DNA from: the human T2T-CHM13v2.0 reference genome, Homo sapiens
Length of the DNA stretch: 64,000 bases
NCBI RefSeq assembly: GCF_009914755.1
Contig: NC_060936.1
Direction: 5' to 3' (one strand)
Shown: positions 37,070 to 49,281 of the stretch, piece by piece
Layout of the letters: every line of letters begins with the position of its first letter
How positions within the stretch are numbered: the stretch's first letter is position 1
The notes under the pieces: generated by a model
Told to the model about the DNA's origin: nothing
What the model saw: the letters and a program-made list of their open reading frames with translations, nothing else
Database searches by the model: none
Position numbers and translations under genes: made by a program

Positions 37070-38900
37070 CCTTCTGGAATGTGTTTTCTACGTCCTTTAT
37101 CATTTTTCTGGTCCCTCCTTTACTGCATTGTCTTCTTTTGTGTTTAGTCGATTTTCTGTAGTGAAATGTTTAAATTCCTCTCTCATTTCCTTTTGTGTTT
37201 ACTCTGCAGCTATTCTCTTTGTGGCTGATATAATAAAGTTGCTACACTCTGACATGAATTTATCCTGGTTAAATGTCAATAACACAAAAACTTCCACTCC
37301 TTCACATCTCCATTCCCACTTCCTTCAGTTGTTGATGTCACAGAATTATATCTTTATATGTCATGTGTCCAAAAACAGAAACAAATAATTTTTAAATGTA
37401 TCTGTCTCTTTAACTATGTAGAAAATAAAATGTGGAAACCCAAAACAAAGTTATAATACTACTGACAACTTTTATACAGTACCTGTTTACTATTCAATTG
37501 GGTTGTCTATTTCTTACTGACTTACAGACTTTACAAATATATTCTGGATATGAGTCCTTTGCCAGTTACGTGTGCCTAAATAGTTTCTCCTCCTAGGTGG
37601 TTTATATCTCTACTTTCAAATTTTTTTTGAGACAGGGTTTCACTGTCACTCAGACTGGGGTGCAGCGGCAAGATCATAGCTCACTGCAGCCTTGATCTCC
37701 TGAGCTCAAGCCATCCTCCCACCTCAGCCTCCGGAGTAGTTGAGACTACAGGCACACATCACCACATCTGGCTAACTTTTAAATTTTCGTTTTCGTAGAG
37801 ACAGGGTGTGTCTATGTTGCCCCGGGTGGTCTCCAACTCCTGGGCTCAAGCGATCCTCCCACCTCAGCCTCCCAAAGTGTAAAACATTTTTTTAACTTAA
37901 TCCCAACTGTGATAATATAAAACATGTTTTTTATTTTAATTCCTAATTTTAATTAAGTGCAATCAAGACATTTTAACCCTTAAATTTGTTTCCTATTAAA
38001 CGTCCATCTCTGCCACGAGGCCAAGAGTTATTCCCCTGTTATCTTCTAAAAGTTGTTTCACAGTTGGACTATGGTCTAGCTGGAAGTGATTTGGGGGAGG
38101 ATAAGGAACATTGGAAGATCCATTTATTTGCGTATGGATATCCAATTGGCGTGGCATTATGGGAAAGACTCCTGCCACCCTGCAGGGTCACCTTTGTCAT
38201 AGATGAAGTCTTGGTGCACACGTGTGATGATTCCTAGGCCCTCTGGGTGACCAGTACTTCGGTTGTCTTTCTGACATTGTTGCTTCATCACCAGTGTAAC
38301 GTCTGAGGGCACAGTCCTGCACCTCGGTGGCTGCTGTTCTGCTCATCTTGGATGTCCTCTTTTCTTACGTGTTTACACACACGTTAGAATCAACACATTT
38401 ATTTTTGCAAAAACAATCTTCCAGGATTTTGAATAGGCTTGCCTTGAACGCATAGAGACATTTGAGGAGAATGTCATCTGGACAAGATCCTTTCAAGCTA
38501 AGGATGGTTTGGGAGGGTATATGTATCTGTTGTGGTGGTGGTAGCCCATTAAATACTGCTTATAAACAACCTCTTTCAAAGGCAATTTGGCAATGTCTAT
38601 TAAAATAGCGAGTGCACTACTCTGTTAGCCAACAATTCTACTTCTAGAAATTTATCCTAGCGTTACACTCACTCAGATTCACAAAGACAAACTATTTTAA
38701 TTGGATCTTAATAGTATCTTTGTTTGACAAGATGAGGAATAATCTAAATGCTGTGTATAAGGAACTTGGTAAATAAACTATGGTGCATCCATATCACAGA
38801 ATACTGTGGCAATGTTAAGAAGAATGAGGTTGGTCCATATTCCCTATGTACAATTGTGGACCCATATATTGTTAAGTGAAGAAAAAAGGAGAATGAGACA
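37070..38900. mobile_element. Cluster of degenerate old L1 fragments (mixed orientation)
   Basis: T-rich reverse L1 motifs (tattctggatatgagtcctttg, ggatatccaatt) and a forward 3' piece (caattctacttctagaaatttatcct, taaataaactatggtgcatccata). Confidence 0.55.
37621..37879 (-). mobile_element. AluJ, 5'-truncated
   Basis: gagacagggtttcactgtc...ctcctgggctcaagcgatcctcccacctcagcctcccaaagtg; J-type diagnostic sequence. Confidence 0.9.
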
Positions 38901-39130
38901 GAAAGAAAGAGGGAGAAAGAGAAATAGAAGGAAGGGAGGGAGGGAGGGAGAGAGGGAGAGAAGAGACAGGGAGGAAGGAAAGAACAGGAAAGAGAGGGAT
39001 GGAGGGAAGATGGGGAAACACAGGCCCAGTGCCTTCCAGAAAGGAGCTGCCTCTGTGTGCGTGTGGATGCGTGTGCATGTGTGTATAGGTGCGTGTGCGC
39101 ATGTGTGTGTGCGTATGTGTGGCGTGTGTA
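38880..39130. repeat. Purine-rich (GA/GGA) tract followed by a degenerate (TG)n
   Basis: Direct inspection of 38880-39015 and 39052-39130. Confidence 0.85.
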
Positions 39131-39469
39131 GGAAATATATGCGCCTAATCTTAAGATATCTCTTAAAGGACACTAAACAGCTGCTAAGGGTTGTGCCTCC
39201 AGGAACACAAGCTGCTGGCTAGAGATGGGGGTGGGAAGATGTGGCTGAGATTGCCAGCCGTTCAGCAGGCTTGGCCCATCTTCCTTCTGGGCACAGTGAG
39301 ACCACATTTCTCAGCCCACAGTTGGCATGAGAATGTCTCTGGGCAGCGGTCAGGTCACAGGCCCGTCCTGTGCTGCTGTCGTCTTCCTCTCTGAGGTCTT
39401 CCAGCTGGAACAAGGCCTTGACAGCAGGCGACCCCTTGCCCCACACAGTGGAGTATTCTTTTGCTCTGG

Positions 39470-39820
39470 AGTGGCGTTTCCCAAAGCACATCTGCAGGCC
39501 TCTGCCTCATGCAGGGTCACCTTGACACTGTTGAAATGCAGATCCCTGGCACCATCTCTGCAGAGTCATACTCTAGATAGAGGCCCAGGATCTGGGGTCT
39601 GTGTTTCAAGGAGCCCTGGGGGGCACTGCCTTTGAGAGCAATCACTTGACAGCAGCACTCCCCAACCTGCCTGATGCACTGGGATGATCCTTACACACCC
39701 AGACCTAGAGCCCCGTCCACGGAGATGCGAGTTCGGGAGCTCTGGGGGCCCAGGAACCTGTATTTCAAGCACACGTCTGCATCCCCGGTTCTTACCATGC
39801 AGAGAACTTGGGAAGCTGCT
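39470..39820. mobile_element. MER5-type hAT-Charlie DNA transposon relics (two pieces)
   Basis: ttgaaatgcagatccctgg..., gggggcccaggaacctgtatttcaagca..., ttgggaagctgct. Confidence 0.55.
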
Positions 39821-40787
39821 TTAGGAGACCCCCACCTTAGATGGTGTGGAACCCCCTCATTCTAGGGCATGGGCACGCACAGGGACTCCCTCCCCAACAG
39901 CTTCGGGGGCTGTGATGGCATCACAGCTGGGGGAGGAGAGCCAGGCCGTGCACTCGCAGTGCCCAAGTCAGGGGGCCAGCCTTTGTTGTGTGCCACCGGC
40001 CTGCCCTTGAGGGACCTGCTAAGTGTTTTGCATCCTGCCAACCCCCTCAGGGAGTGGGCAGGCACCCGGTCACTAAGAATGACGAGTGGCAGCAGGAAGC
40101 GGAGACACACCTGACTGAAATTGGTGACCTTCCTGGGGAAGCTCAATCCACAGCCACTGCTGAGTGCCATTGTCAGCTGTTTTCTCCATCTTGAAATCAG
40201 CATCCCAATGAAAGTCCTATGGGCATGAGCTCGGCCAGACCGCATTGATCATCTGTCTCACTTTTCTTTCTATTCTATTTTTAGGGGTTTTTTTCTCCTC
40301 TTCAAAGAAACAAGTTGTGTAAAAGTTGCAGAAGATTGAGGAATACTGAAAGAGATGAAAGGCCTCGTTTCATCCAGGCCTCAGGGATGAGCCCCGTAAC
40401 AGGTCAGCGCTAGTTTTTCAGAGCCATCAGACACAGTCATGTGAATGTGTGTGTGTGATAGGTGTACACACACATACATACATGTGCACATATAGTCTTC
40501 CAGGGCACACAGGATGGTCACTTCTTCAGTAACTGCTACTCAATATTTCATGGTATAATTATGCTGTGATTTGTTTACTACGTTCTCTATTGGTAGAATT
40601 TTCGCTCTTACAAATTTGTTTCACTTTGTGCTCCTATAATTTTGCCATGAATAATCCTAAAAATACACATTTGTGTAGTTATACAAGTGGCTCTGTCCTG
40701 CCATGGTTGAGAGAGGAGACTCGGGAGTTGGATGCATGGGTTAGAGGCACAAATCCAGGCTCAAGGACTTACTACCCATGTGAGCAC

Positions 40788-41274
40788 TGTCTTAGTCCAT
40801 TGTGTGTTGCTCTGAGAGAATACCTGAGGCTGCGTAGTTTATAAAGAAAAGAGGTTTATTTGGCTCACGATTCTGATGGCTGAAAAGTCCAAGTTTGGGC
40901 AGCTGCATTTGGTGAGGGTCCTAGAATACTTCAACTCATGGCAGAAAAGAGAAAGGGCATCAGGTGTGTGCAAACAGATCACACAGTGTTGGGGGGGAAG
41001 CCAGAGAGGGAGACCAAGGAAGAAAGAGAGGGAGACCGATGAAGCCAGAGTGGGAGATGAAGGAATCCAGGCTTTTAAAGCATCCTCTCTCTCAGAAACA
41101 AGTCCATTCCTGGGAGAGCGAGCACTCACTCACTACCAAGAGAACAGCACCAAGCTATTTGTGAGGGATCCATCCCCATGATCCACACACCTCCCACCTC
41201 TCAACACCACACTGGGGATCCCATGTCAACCTGAGTTTTGGTGGGGACCAGAGAGCTACATCCAAACCATAGCA
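40788..41274 (-). mobile_element. MST-type (MSTC/D-like) MaLR solo LTR inserted in a MIR (40700-40787 and 41275-41445)
   Basis: tgtcttagtccattgtgtgttgct...tttataaagaaaagaggtttatttggctcac...catccaaaccatagca; flanks read as one continuous MIR. Confidence 0.85.
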
Positions 41275-42179
41275 ACCATGGACCCATTACTCAACTCCTC
41301 TTCACTTTCACCTGCTAAGTGTGGAAAATTTGTACTGTCAGTCCTTACATGAGTGCTTACATAAGAGAGCTTGTGTGAAGAGTAAGGTAACATACTCAGG
41401 CATGTTGGAGCAGTGCTCACCTCACAATAAGTTCTTGGTAAGTGTTAAGTACAGTTTTATTACTGGTGAGGAGTTTTCTAGTAAATACATAGAGGTAGAA
41501 TTGTTGAGCGAAAATATAGTTTGGCCACTTCTTTTGTCCTTGGTCAGGTCACAATCTCCTGTAAATCTTTCACAAAACACAGTCAGTGATTTACATGCTT
41601 CTCCTTTAATCTCAGACTTAGTTTTTAAAACTAAGTGATTGCCATCTTTGCATTTCATCTCAGTGCTGTAAAATTATCCCGGCCTATGTGCGGGAAGGGG
41701 TAAGGGCCCCTTAAACAAAGATGGAGTGAGTGATGTCCATTCTTTTGCTGTTTCACTGCCACAGCAGGAGAGATGGGAACGGGGGGCAGATGTGGAAAAT
41801 ATTTGGAAGGAGATCTGATGACATGTGTCAGTGTGGGAGTGAGAGGGGGAGAACCAGCGCTAACTCTTGCATTACCGACATGAGAAACTCAGCGTCACTG
41901 AGCCTGCAGGAGCGTGGTAGAGGGGATATAGGTAGGGTTCGTTGTGGGTAAATTTGAGAGGCAGTTCAGGGTGGTGGACAAAGCTGCAGACTCTGTATCA
42001 GAGAATTAAACGAGACAACCCCAGCAGGGACTAAGTACACAGCAAGCGCTCAGTCATGCCATCATGATGAATGTCAGACGTCCCAGGGTCATTCAGGTGT
42101 CCACCAGAGACATGACCACAGGCTCCAGGGTGGAGACGTAGAAGCTTGTGATCTCCGTGGTGATCGCGGTGGAGGTGGG

Positions 42180-42396
42180 AAGGGATCGGCTCCGCAAGCT
42201 GTCCTGCCGGCTGGCTCTGCTGGCTGCCGTAATGAAGGCTCCCCGGAGCCATGCCACACCTGCCCGTGTGCGTGTCGCCCGTGGCTGTCCTCACTCTACC
42301 ACGGTGAAGTTGAGTGACTGCAACAGAGATAGCGAGGCCACAAAGGCTCCAATCCCTACCGCCCATCCCTTCCCAGGAAGCCCTTGCCAACAGCTG
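42180..42396 (+). mobile_element. MER58A-like DNA transposon relic
   Basis: gtaatgaagg...gccacacc...gtggctg...agttgagtgactgcaacagaga...ttgccaacagctg follows the MER58A layout. Confidence 0.6.
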
Positions 42397-44679
42397 GATT
42401 CTATTCCCGAGCAGGAGCACATATAGAGGAGGGGCGGGGTCTGGGGCCTCAGGAGCTTCAGCTTAGATGTTGCTTACAGGAGGAGAGGAGGGGCCGGCGC
42501 AGGGCCCCAGGGGTGTCCCGAGAGATGGAGGAGACAAGTCAGGGAAAGGGAGGGTTTCCATAAGAGAAGGGCCAGCCCGCCCCTGCCGCGATCCTTGTGG
42601 TTGCTTTGCTCTTCGCCTGAGGACCAGATTTCTCTGCAACCTAATCTTCGAGGAAAATGAACCCCACAGCCCTTAAGGTGACGTCTCCTCTACCTCAGAG
42701 GAGATGTTCGGTCTGAGCATCTTGGAGTGTCCTGGAATCTTCTGGCTCCAAGGCCAAATGCCCAGGAAAGGGCTGGGGTTGGGCCGGCTCCTGTCAGGTG
42801 CTGGTAAAGGCCTAGTCAACTGTCCGTGATGGGCAGGGTCTCACTGCAGGCACTCGGCAGCCGGCCCACCCCGGGTGTCTGTAGTCCCACGTCTTCAAGA
42901 CACCCTTTCAGTGGCTACCCCCGAGACTGGGCAGTGGGAGCCCTTTATTCTGGGAGCCTGATGCAGTGAGAAGGTGCATTTGGCACTGCGATTCCACAAG
43001 GCACGCCAGGCATCTATGCAACTGTCCATTGGAGACTCCAGATCCCAGCTGCAGACAGGGTCGCAGAGCGTCCCCACCCACACACATAGCCTGACAGGCG
43101 GCCTCAGCCTAGCGTGGACATGGAGCCTTCACATAGCACTCCGGCTCAGGCCACCATGACGTGCTTAACTCTGCTACCTACCGAGCCCCAGAGTTCCCCC
43201 GGGGGCCCCACGTCTGAGACCGTCGTGACCACAGACACCAGGGTGGTGACCAGCTGCCTCCCCGGGGGGCCTCCCCTGCTGTGGGCGGCTCAGGGCTGCC
43301 CCACCAGGATGCCCCCATCAGCCGCCTGGTCTCTCAGGGTCTGCCGCGACTGCCCCATTCCTGATTCTAGTCTTTGCTTTTTGAGACAACAGAGCACAAA
43401 TTCCATTTCAGAGGCAACCGTGAGGCGTGCGACATGGCCGCAGATGGGGTTTATTTCTTGGATTTTTCTCTCCAGTGTCCCGTCTGATCTGAGCTCTGTT
43501 CATTAGAACTCAGGGTGTTTCTTGCTGATTGAGTGAGAACGGACACAGAGCCCTGAATTCTCCTGGAGGCTGCTCATTGGAAAGTCTGCTCCAATTCACT
43601 GCAGATATATAAAGCCTCGCACCAGACTGCATCTCGGGAAACACTGTTCTGCTCTGTTCTATTTTGTCCTGTTCTATTTCCCCCAAAGGCTGAGTGCGGA
43701 GCTTCCTGAGGCAAAACTCCTGTGGACCCACCAGGAAGCTGGTCTTGAAAGATGCTGCACCAGACGACTCGTCCACTCACTAGAGACTCACTTTGCCGGA
43801 GAAGGGCTCGGGCGTCGTTGGAAGAACCCAAAGCCAGGCATGAAAGGACCTCAGCCAGGGAGGGCACCGCATTCACACAAATGCTGCGTGTTCCCATGGA
43901 AACAGCACAAAACCTGACCGAGGAAATGAATGCTGAATGTAAACTATTTGTTTAATTTTAATGGGAGTCAATTTTTAGCGGTGTATTCCCAGTGCTATTT
44001 GAAATTTTCATAGGGTAACAGTAAATGCCTCTAATCTTTTTGTTTTTAATTGGCTTTTCCAGTGGACTGATTCCCCGTGAATAAAGGGGAGAAACGCAAA
44101 GCAATGTAAACAAAGCCAAAAGCAGGAGCAACGCCAGGGCAAACGGAGGCAGAGTCCTCGCGTATCTGTGATCAGCACCGGCCCATCCTGGGTGCAAGAG
44201 AGCCCGCTGCCAACTCGCCCCCGTCACAGCAGCTGCCTCAGCCTCCCCAGCCAGCTGTCCCTAGCCCTGGACCTCACCACCCCTGCCAGCCCGTGCCATC
44301 CTCAGTTTCGGGGCTCACTGCGGCTGCCGCTGGGCTTGAGGGAAGGGCAGTGGTGGGCGGGAGAGGCGGGAGGCCCTTCTATGGTGCCCGTGGAGTTGTT
44401 TCCTGTGTGGGGTGCAGGCTGCCCAGCTGTGTTCACTGTGAAAATCTACCCGGACACACATTCACAACTGGTAAATTGAACTTCAATAAAAAGGTAAAAT
44501 GTAGGTCACTCCCTGAGCTGAGAAGGAAGCTCTCATTTATGAGAGGGACCATGATGGACCACGCGCCATTTATGAGCTGCTCACCGCGGACAGACCGTGT
44601 GTCCAAATCGGGGCCTCCAGGGCCCAGCGAGCTGCTCTGACCTCCGAACGTGAGACAGAGCTACCGCCAGTTCTAAGAG

Positions 44680-44820
44680 CTCCTCTCCTCTCCCTCTCCC
44701 TCCCTCTATTTTCTCTCCCCCATCTCCATTTCTCCCTCTCCCTTCATTTCTGTGTCTCACTCTCCCTCCCCTCTTCACCCTCCCTCTCCCCCTGCACTTC
44801 TCCCTCTCCCTCCGTTTCTG
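44680..44820. repeat. Polypyrimidine/polypurine low-complexity tract
   Basis: ~140 bp almost entirely C/T. Confidence 0.85.
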
Positions 44821-46060
44821 AGGGACATGGCCTGAGCGCTGGCACATGCCATGGTGAGCCCCAGGGGAGGACACAGGCTCCCTGCCACTCCCCGCAGGGG
44901 TCACTGAGCACGTGGGGAATAAATGAGGGGACTTGGAGCCTGACGGTGCTCGTCTCAGGCCCTGCTCCCAAAGCCTGGTCCACACCCAGCAGCCTCCACC
45001 GCGGGACTGGGCAGGCTACGAAAGGGGAGCCTCGGGCCCCTGAATAGGTCTGTGCGCTCCAGGGCAAGGGAGAAGACCTGGCCTGGCTCAGGGGCAGAGA
45101 ACTGTTCTTGGGGCTCTCCGGAGTCACCACTGCTGTTAGCAGTTAGGCCAATGGGCAGCGAGACCCATGGGGAGCGAGACTCCCCGTGGGGAGAGGGTCC
45201 CGTCCCCCGTCTGCCTGTTTCGGGGGGGCCAGTGTCCCAGCATGGTGGCTAAGGTGGAGTCACATAAGAGTGACAGAGAAGAGACCCAAATCTCCTGGCC
45301 TCAGCTGGGAAGCAGCCTCCCCACCGGCTGCCTAGACCCCTGAGGCTGGAGGAGCGGGACTCACAGGACAGAGTTGAACGGAGGCCTCAACCCCGCAGGC
45401 GCAACCGAGTTGTTTTCAGGGCTCAGGGGGAGGGAGCGGACAGAATCTCGTGTTCTTCCTGACTGAAGCTGGACCCCGCTATGACCCCTCCCTATACTCC
45501 ACCATCCACCCTCCTGAAAGATAAATGGCCTGGAGGGCTTCACCCGCAGACATGAAAGACCCAGGGGAAGAGCTCGGGGTCTCCCTGCTCCCTTGATCAA
45601 GCAGCCCAGAGGTTCCCAGCCCAGGGAAGGCTGTAGAGCAAAGGTCATTGGGTGGTCGCCGGCGACCAGGGAAAATCAGTGTCTACCCTCAAGCAGGACC
45701 CTGCCAGCCTGTGTGGCTGACCCCTGAAGGAGGGCTCACTGGATGGCAGGTTTGAGGGCGATTTGCTTGGGTCCAGGCTGGGGGGTTCTGCCTGGCCCCC
45801 CCAGCCAGCCTGTCCTGAGAGTGGGCTGGTGCTGGCCCGGCGTCGGCCTCCGTGCCCACCTCCTGGCAGGAGGGCCCTTGGCGCAGGCCCACACCTTGCA
45901 CCTCGGTTACTTGAGGCACAACCCAAACAGGCAGGGGTTCTCCCATCTCCAGGTTGTGAGCTTGGCGTCTCCAGGGAAACTGCCCCAGCCTCTGCCAGCA
46001 CCGAGGAGGCAGAGCCTGGATCCATAAAGGAACTCAAGCCCTGCAAACCCCAGTACTGAC

Positions 46061-47360
46061 GAGCCACCTCCCCGGGGCACTGTGCCCTCTCTGATTCCCA
46101 CTCCCTCCTGGTGCTGCTGAGCCACCTCCCCGGGGCGCTGTGCCCTCTCTGATTCCCGCTCCCTCCTGGTGCTGCTGAGCCACCTCCCCGGGGCGCTGTG
46201 CCCTCTCTGATTCCTGCTCCCTCCTGGTGCTGAGCCACCTCCCCGGGGCGCTGTGCCCTCTCTGATTCCCCCTCCCTCCTGGTGCTGCTGAGCCACCTCC
46301 CCGGAGCACGATGCCCTCTCTGATTCCTGCTCCCTCCTGGGGCTGAGCCACCTCCCCGGGGCGCTGTGCCCTCTCTGATTCCTGCTCCCTCCTGGGGCTG
46401 AGCCACCTCCCCGGGGCGCTGTGCCCTCTCTGATTCCTGCTCCCTCCTGGGGGCTGAGCCACCTCCCCGGGGCGCTGTGCCCTCTCTGATTCCTGCTCCC
46501 TCCTGGGGCTGCTGAGCCACCTCCCCGGGGCGCTGTGCCCTCTCTGATTCCTGCTCCCTCCTGGGGGCTGAGCCACCTCCCCGGGGCGCTGTGCCCTCTG
46601 ATTCCTGCTCCCTCCTGGGGCTGCTGAGCCACCTCCCCGGGGCGCTGTGCCCTCTCTGATTCCCGCTCCCTCCTGGTGCTGAGCCACCTCCCCGGGGCGC
46701 TGTGCCCTCTCTGATTCCCCCTCCCTCCTGGTGCTGCTGAGCCACCTCCCCAGAGCACGATGCCCTCTCTGATTCCTGCTCCCTCCTGGGGCTGAGCCAC
46801 CTCCCCGGGGTGCTGTGCCCTCTCTGATTCCTGCTCCCTCCTGGGGCTGAGCCACCTCCCCGGGGCGCTGTGCCCTCTCTGATTCCTGCTCCCTCCTGAG
46901 GGCGGAGCCACCTCCCCGGGGCGCTGTGCCCTCTCTGATTCCTGCTCCCTCCTGGGGCTGCTGAGCCACCTCCCCGGGGCGCTGTGCCCTCTCTGATTCC
47001 TGCTCCCTCCTGGGGGCTGAGCCACCTCCCCGGGGCGCTGTGCCCTCTCTGATTCCTGCTCCCTCCTGGGGCTGCTGAGCCACCTCCCCGGGGCGCTGTG
47101 CCCTCTCTGATTCCTGCTCCCTCCTGGTGCTGAGCCACCTCCCCGGAGCACGATGCCCTCTCTGATTCCTGCTCCCTCCTGGTGCTAAGCCACCTCCCCG
47201 GGGCGCTGTGCCCTCTCTGATTCCTGCTCCCTCCTGGGGCTGCTGAGCCACCTCCCCGGGGCGCTGTGCCCTCTCTGATTCCTGTTCCCTCCTGGCACTC
47301 CTGAGCCACCTCCCCGGAGCACGGTGCCCTCTGATTCCTGCTCCCTCCTGGGGGTGAGCC
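46061..47360. repeat. GC/CpG-rich minisatellite, 55-58 bp unit, ~23 copies
   Basis: gagccacctccccggggcgctgtgccctctctgattcctgctccctcctgg(g/t)gct(gct); unit starts 46061, 46119, 46177, 46232... Confidence 0.97.
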
Positions 47361-48988
47361 TGCCCCATCTAGGGTCGGGAGGGCCTCACCCACAGGCAGC
47401 CTCTCCTCACTGCCAGTAAAGCTCTTTGTGGGGGCCACCACCCACCACCCTGGGTCCTGTCTTTTCCTTGATTGGCCTGGAAATCCCCTAACTTGTCTCA
47501 CTACTAGAAGCTTCCAGCCTAGATATCCGATCAGGATGGGCCACACCTGGCTTCCAATATACAGGAAGTGAAAGCTTCAGTCCTAGTCATTGGCTTGGCG
47601 GCCGCTGACCAGACAGGACTCGGGAAGGTTCGGGGACCCAACTGCACCCAGGGGTGGGGCAGGCTCTGGTCCTGTCATTTTCCCATCCCAGGAGTGGGAG
47701 GGAGCTCTGAACCTCAGCCTTTCACCCCCAAGTGGAGGTCCAACCCCCCAAGTGTCTGGCCTCAGAACCCCTCAAATCCAAGAACCCCTCTCCAGAAAAG
47801 AGCAGTGCTGGGGTCCAGCCCGTGGCCCTGACCACAGCACGCAGTGGCCCTTCCTGTCCCCTGAGGCTGCCTGCCCAGCCAGAAGACCCCGCCTGCACTG
47901 GGACCACCCTGCTCACCTCCCTGGGCCGCCCCAAGCCACCCTAGTGCCTGGAGCCACCTGGAACCCTAGACCCCAGGGCTTGGTCCGTGTGTCCCAGGGT
48001 GGCCACTTCTCCAGAGAGAATTCGGCTTTTCTGCCAGCCCTGCCGCCCTCTCCTATACCACTGTGGATGCTGCAGGGAAAGACCCCCACCCTCCTTTTCT
48101 CTGTGGGAGGCTGACTGGGCTCACCGGCTCAGCAGGGACTCCTGGACATCCTCTGCGCCTGGAAGGGACTGGCATACAGGGAGGGGCCCTGCGGTGAACG
48201 CGGGGTCCTCCTCTCTGGGCTGCTAATAATTAAGGGATGACAGGACTCCGGGACTCACTTCCACTCTGCTGCTCAGACAGCCGGGCTGGGGCTCGGGAAC
48301 AGGAATTGAACAGAGGTTGCCCAGGGTATTCTCGTGATTAGGGCCCGACAATAACCTTTGTGACGTATGAGAGTGAGATTACATTTCAGTTATCCAGGGC
48401 CAAGGGGCCACAGGGCCACTGCACACGTTGTTTCTGCCGATCCTGCGGCCCCCCTCCCTGCTCCCACCATGCTCCTGCCCCCGACCCATTGCCCCCAGAA
48501 ACCCAGGCTCAACCCTGCCTGCGGCATTTCTGGATCTCTGCGTGGATGCCTGTTGCCCGTCACTGGGTACCCAGACAAACATCCCCTCCTGGGGAGGCCC
48601 CCATCCTCTGTCTAAAGCAGCCCCTTCCCTGCCAGTCCTCCCCCCACCCATGGAGCCACAGCCCTGAGCAGCGAGAAGCCTGGAAGCAAAGCCCCCACTC
48701 TCCCTCTTCCCTCCTCGTCCAAGCCCAACAGAAGCCAGAGGCTGTGGGAGCCCAGGGATGCTGGGTGTGGAGGTCGGCTGTAGAGATTAGGACAGAGCAG
48801 GGCAGAGATGAGAGATGTGGGGAGGAGATGGGGTGAACTCTGCACCCCTCCCTCATCCTGCATGCAGCCTGCCACCGACTCCCTCCCCATTCCCCTACCT
48901 GGCTCCATGGGCCTCTGAGCAAACTGCTCCATGAAATTGCATTTGACAAGTGGGTGCGCTCCCTTCCTGGGGGGCCTCTCCAGAGCCC

Positions 48989-49281
48989 TTTATTTATTAT
49001 TTATTTATTTTTATTCTTTAGAGACAGGGTATCGCTCTGTCCACCCAGTCTGGAGTGCAGTGGCATGATCTTGGCCACCGGCCCAGGTGATCCTCCTATC
49101 TCTCAGCCTCCCGAATAGCTGGGACCACAGGCATGCGCCACCATTCCTGGTTAATTTTTGTATTTTTTGTAGAGATGGGTTTTGTCATGTTGTCCAGGCT
49201 GGTCTTAAACTGGGCTCAAGTGATCCACTTGCCTCAGCCTCCCACAGTGCTGGGATTATAGGCGTCAGCCCCCTCGCCAGC
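48989..49281 (-). mobile_element. AluJ (Jb-like) with a short internal deletion and a (TTTA)n tail
   Basis: gagacagggtatcgctctgt...gggctcaagtgatcc...gtgctgggattataggcgtcagcc. Confidence 0.9.

Noticed and set aside
43570-43620. CCAAT plus TATATAAA promoter-like arrangement
   Set aside because: No downstream gene structure; may lie in an unidentified old transposon relic; chance occurrence is plausible
46061-47360. CTCF-site array (CCTCCCCGGGGCGC per unit)
   Set aside because: Lacks the central AG of the CTCF core (CCGCCAGGGGGCGC); three mismatches
45645-47546. 633/444/414-aa ORFs on the - strand
   Set aside because: They arise from a stop-poor GC-rich VNTR open in all three frames; units of 55, 56 and 58 bp do not preserve frame and there is no domain similarity
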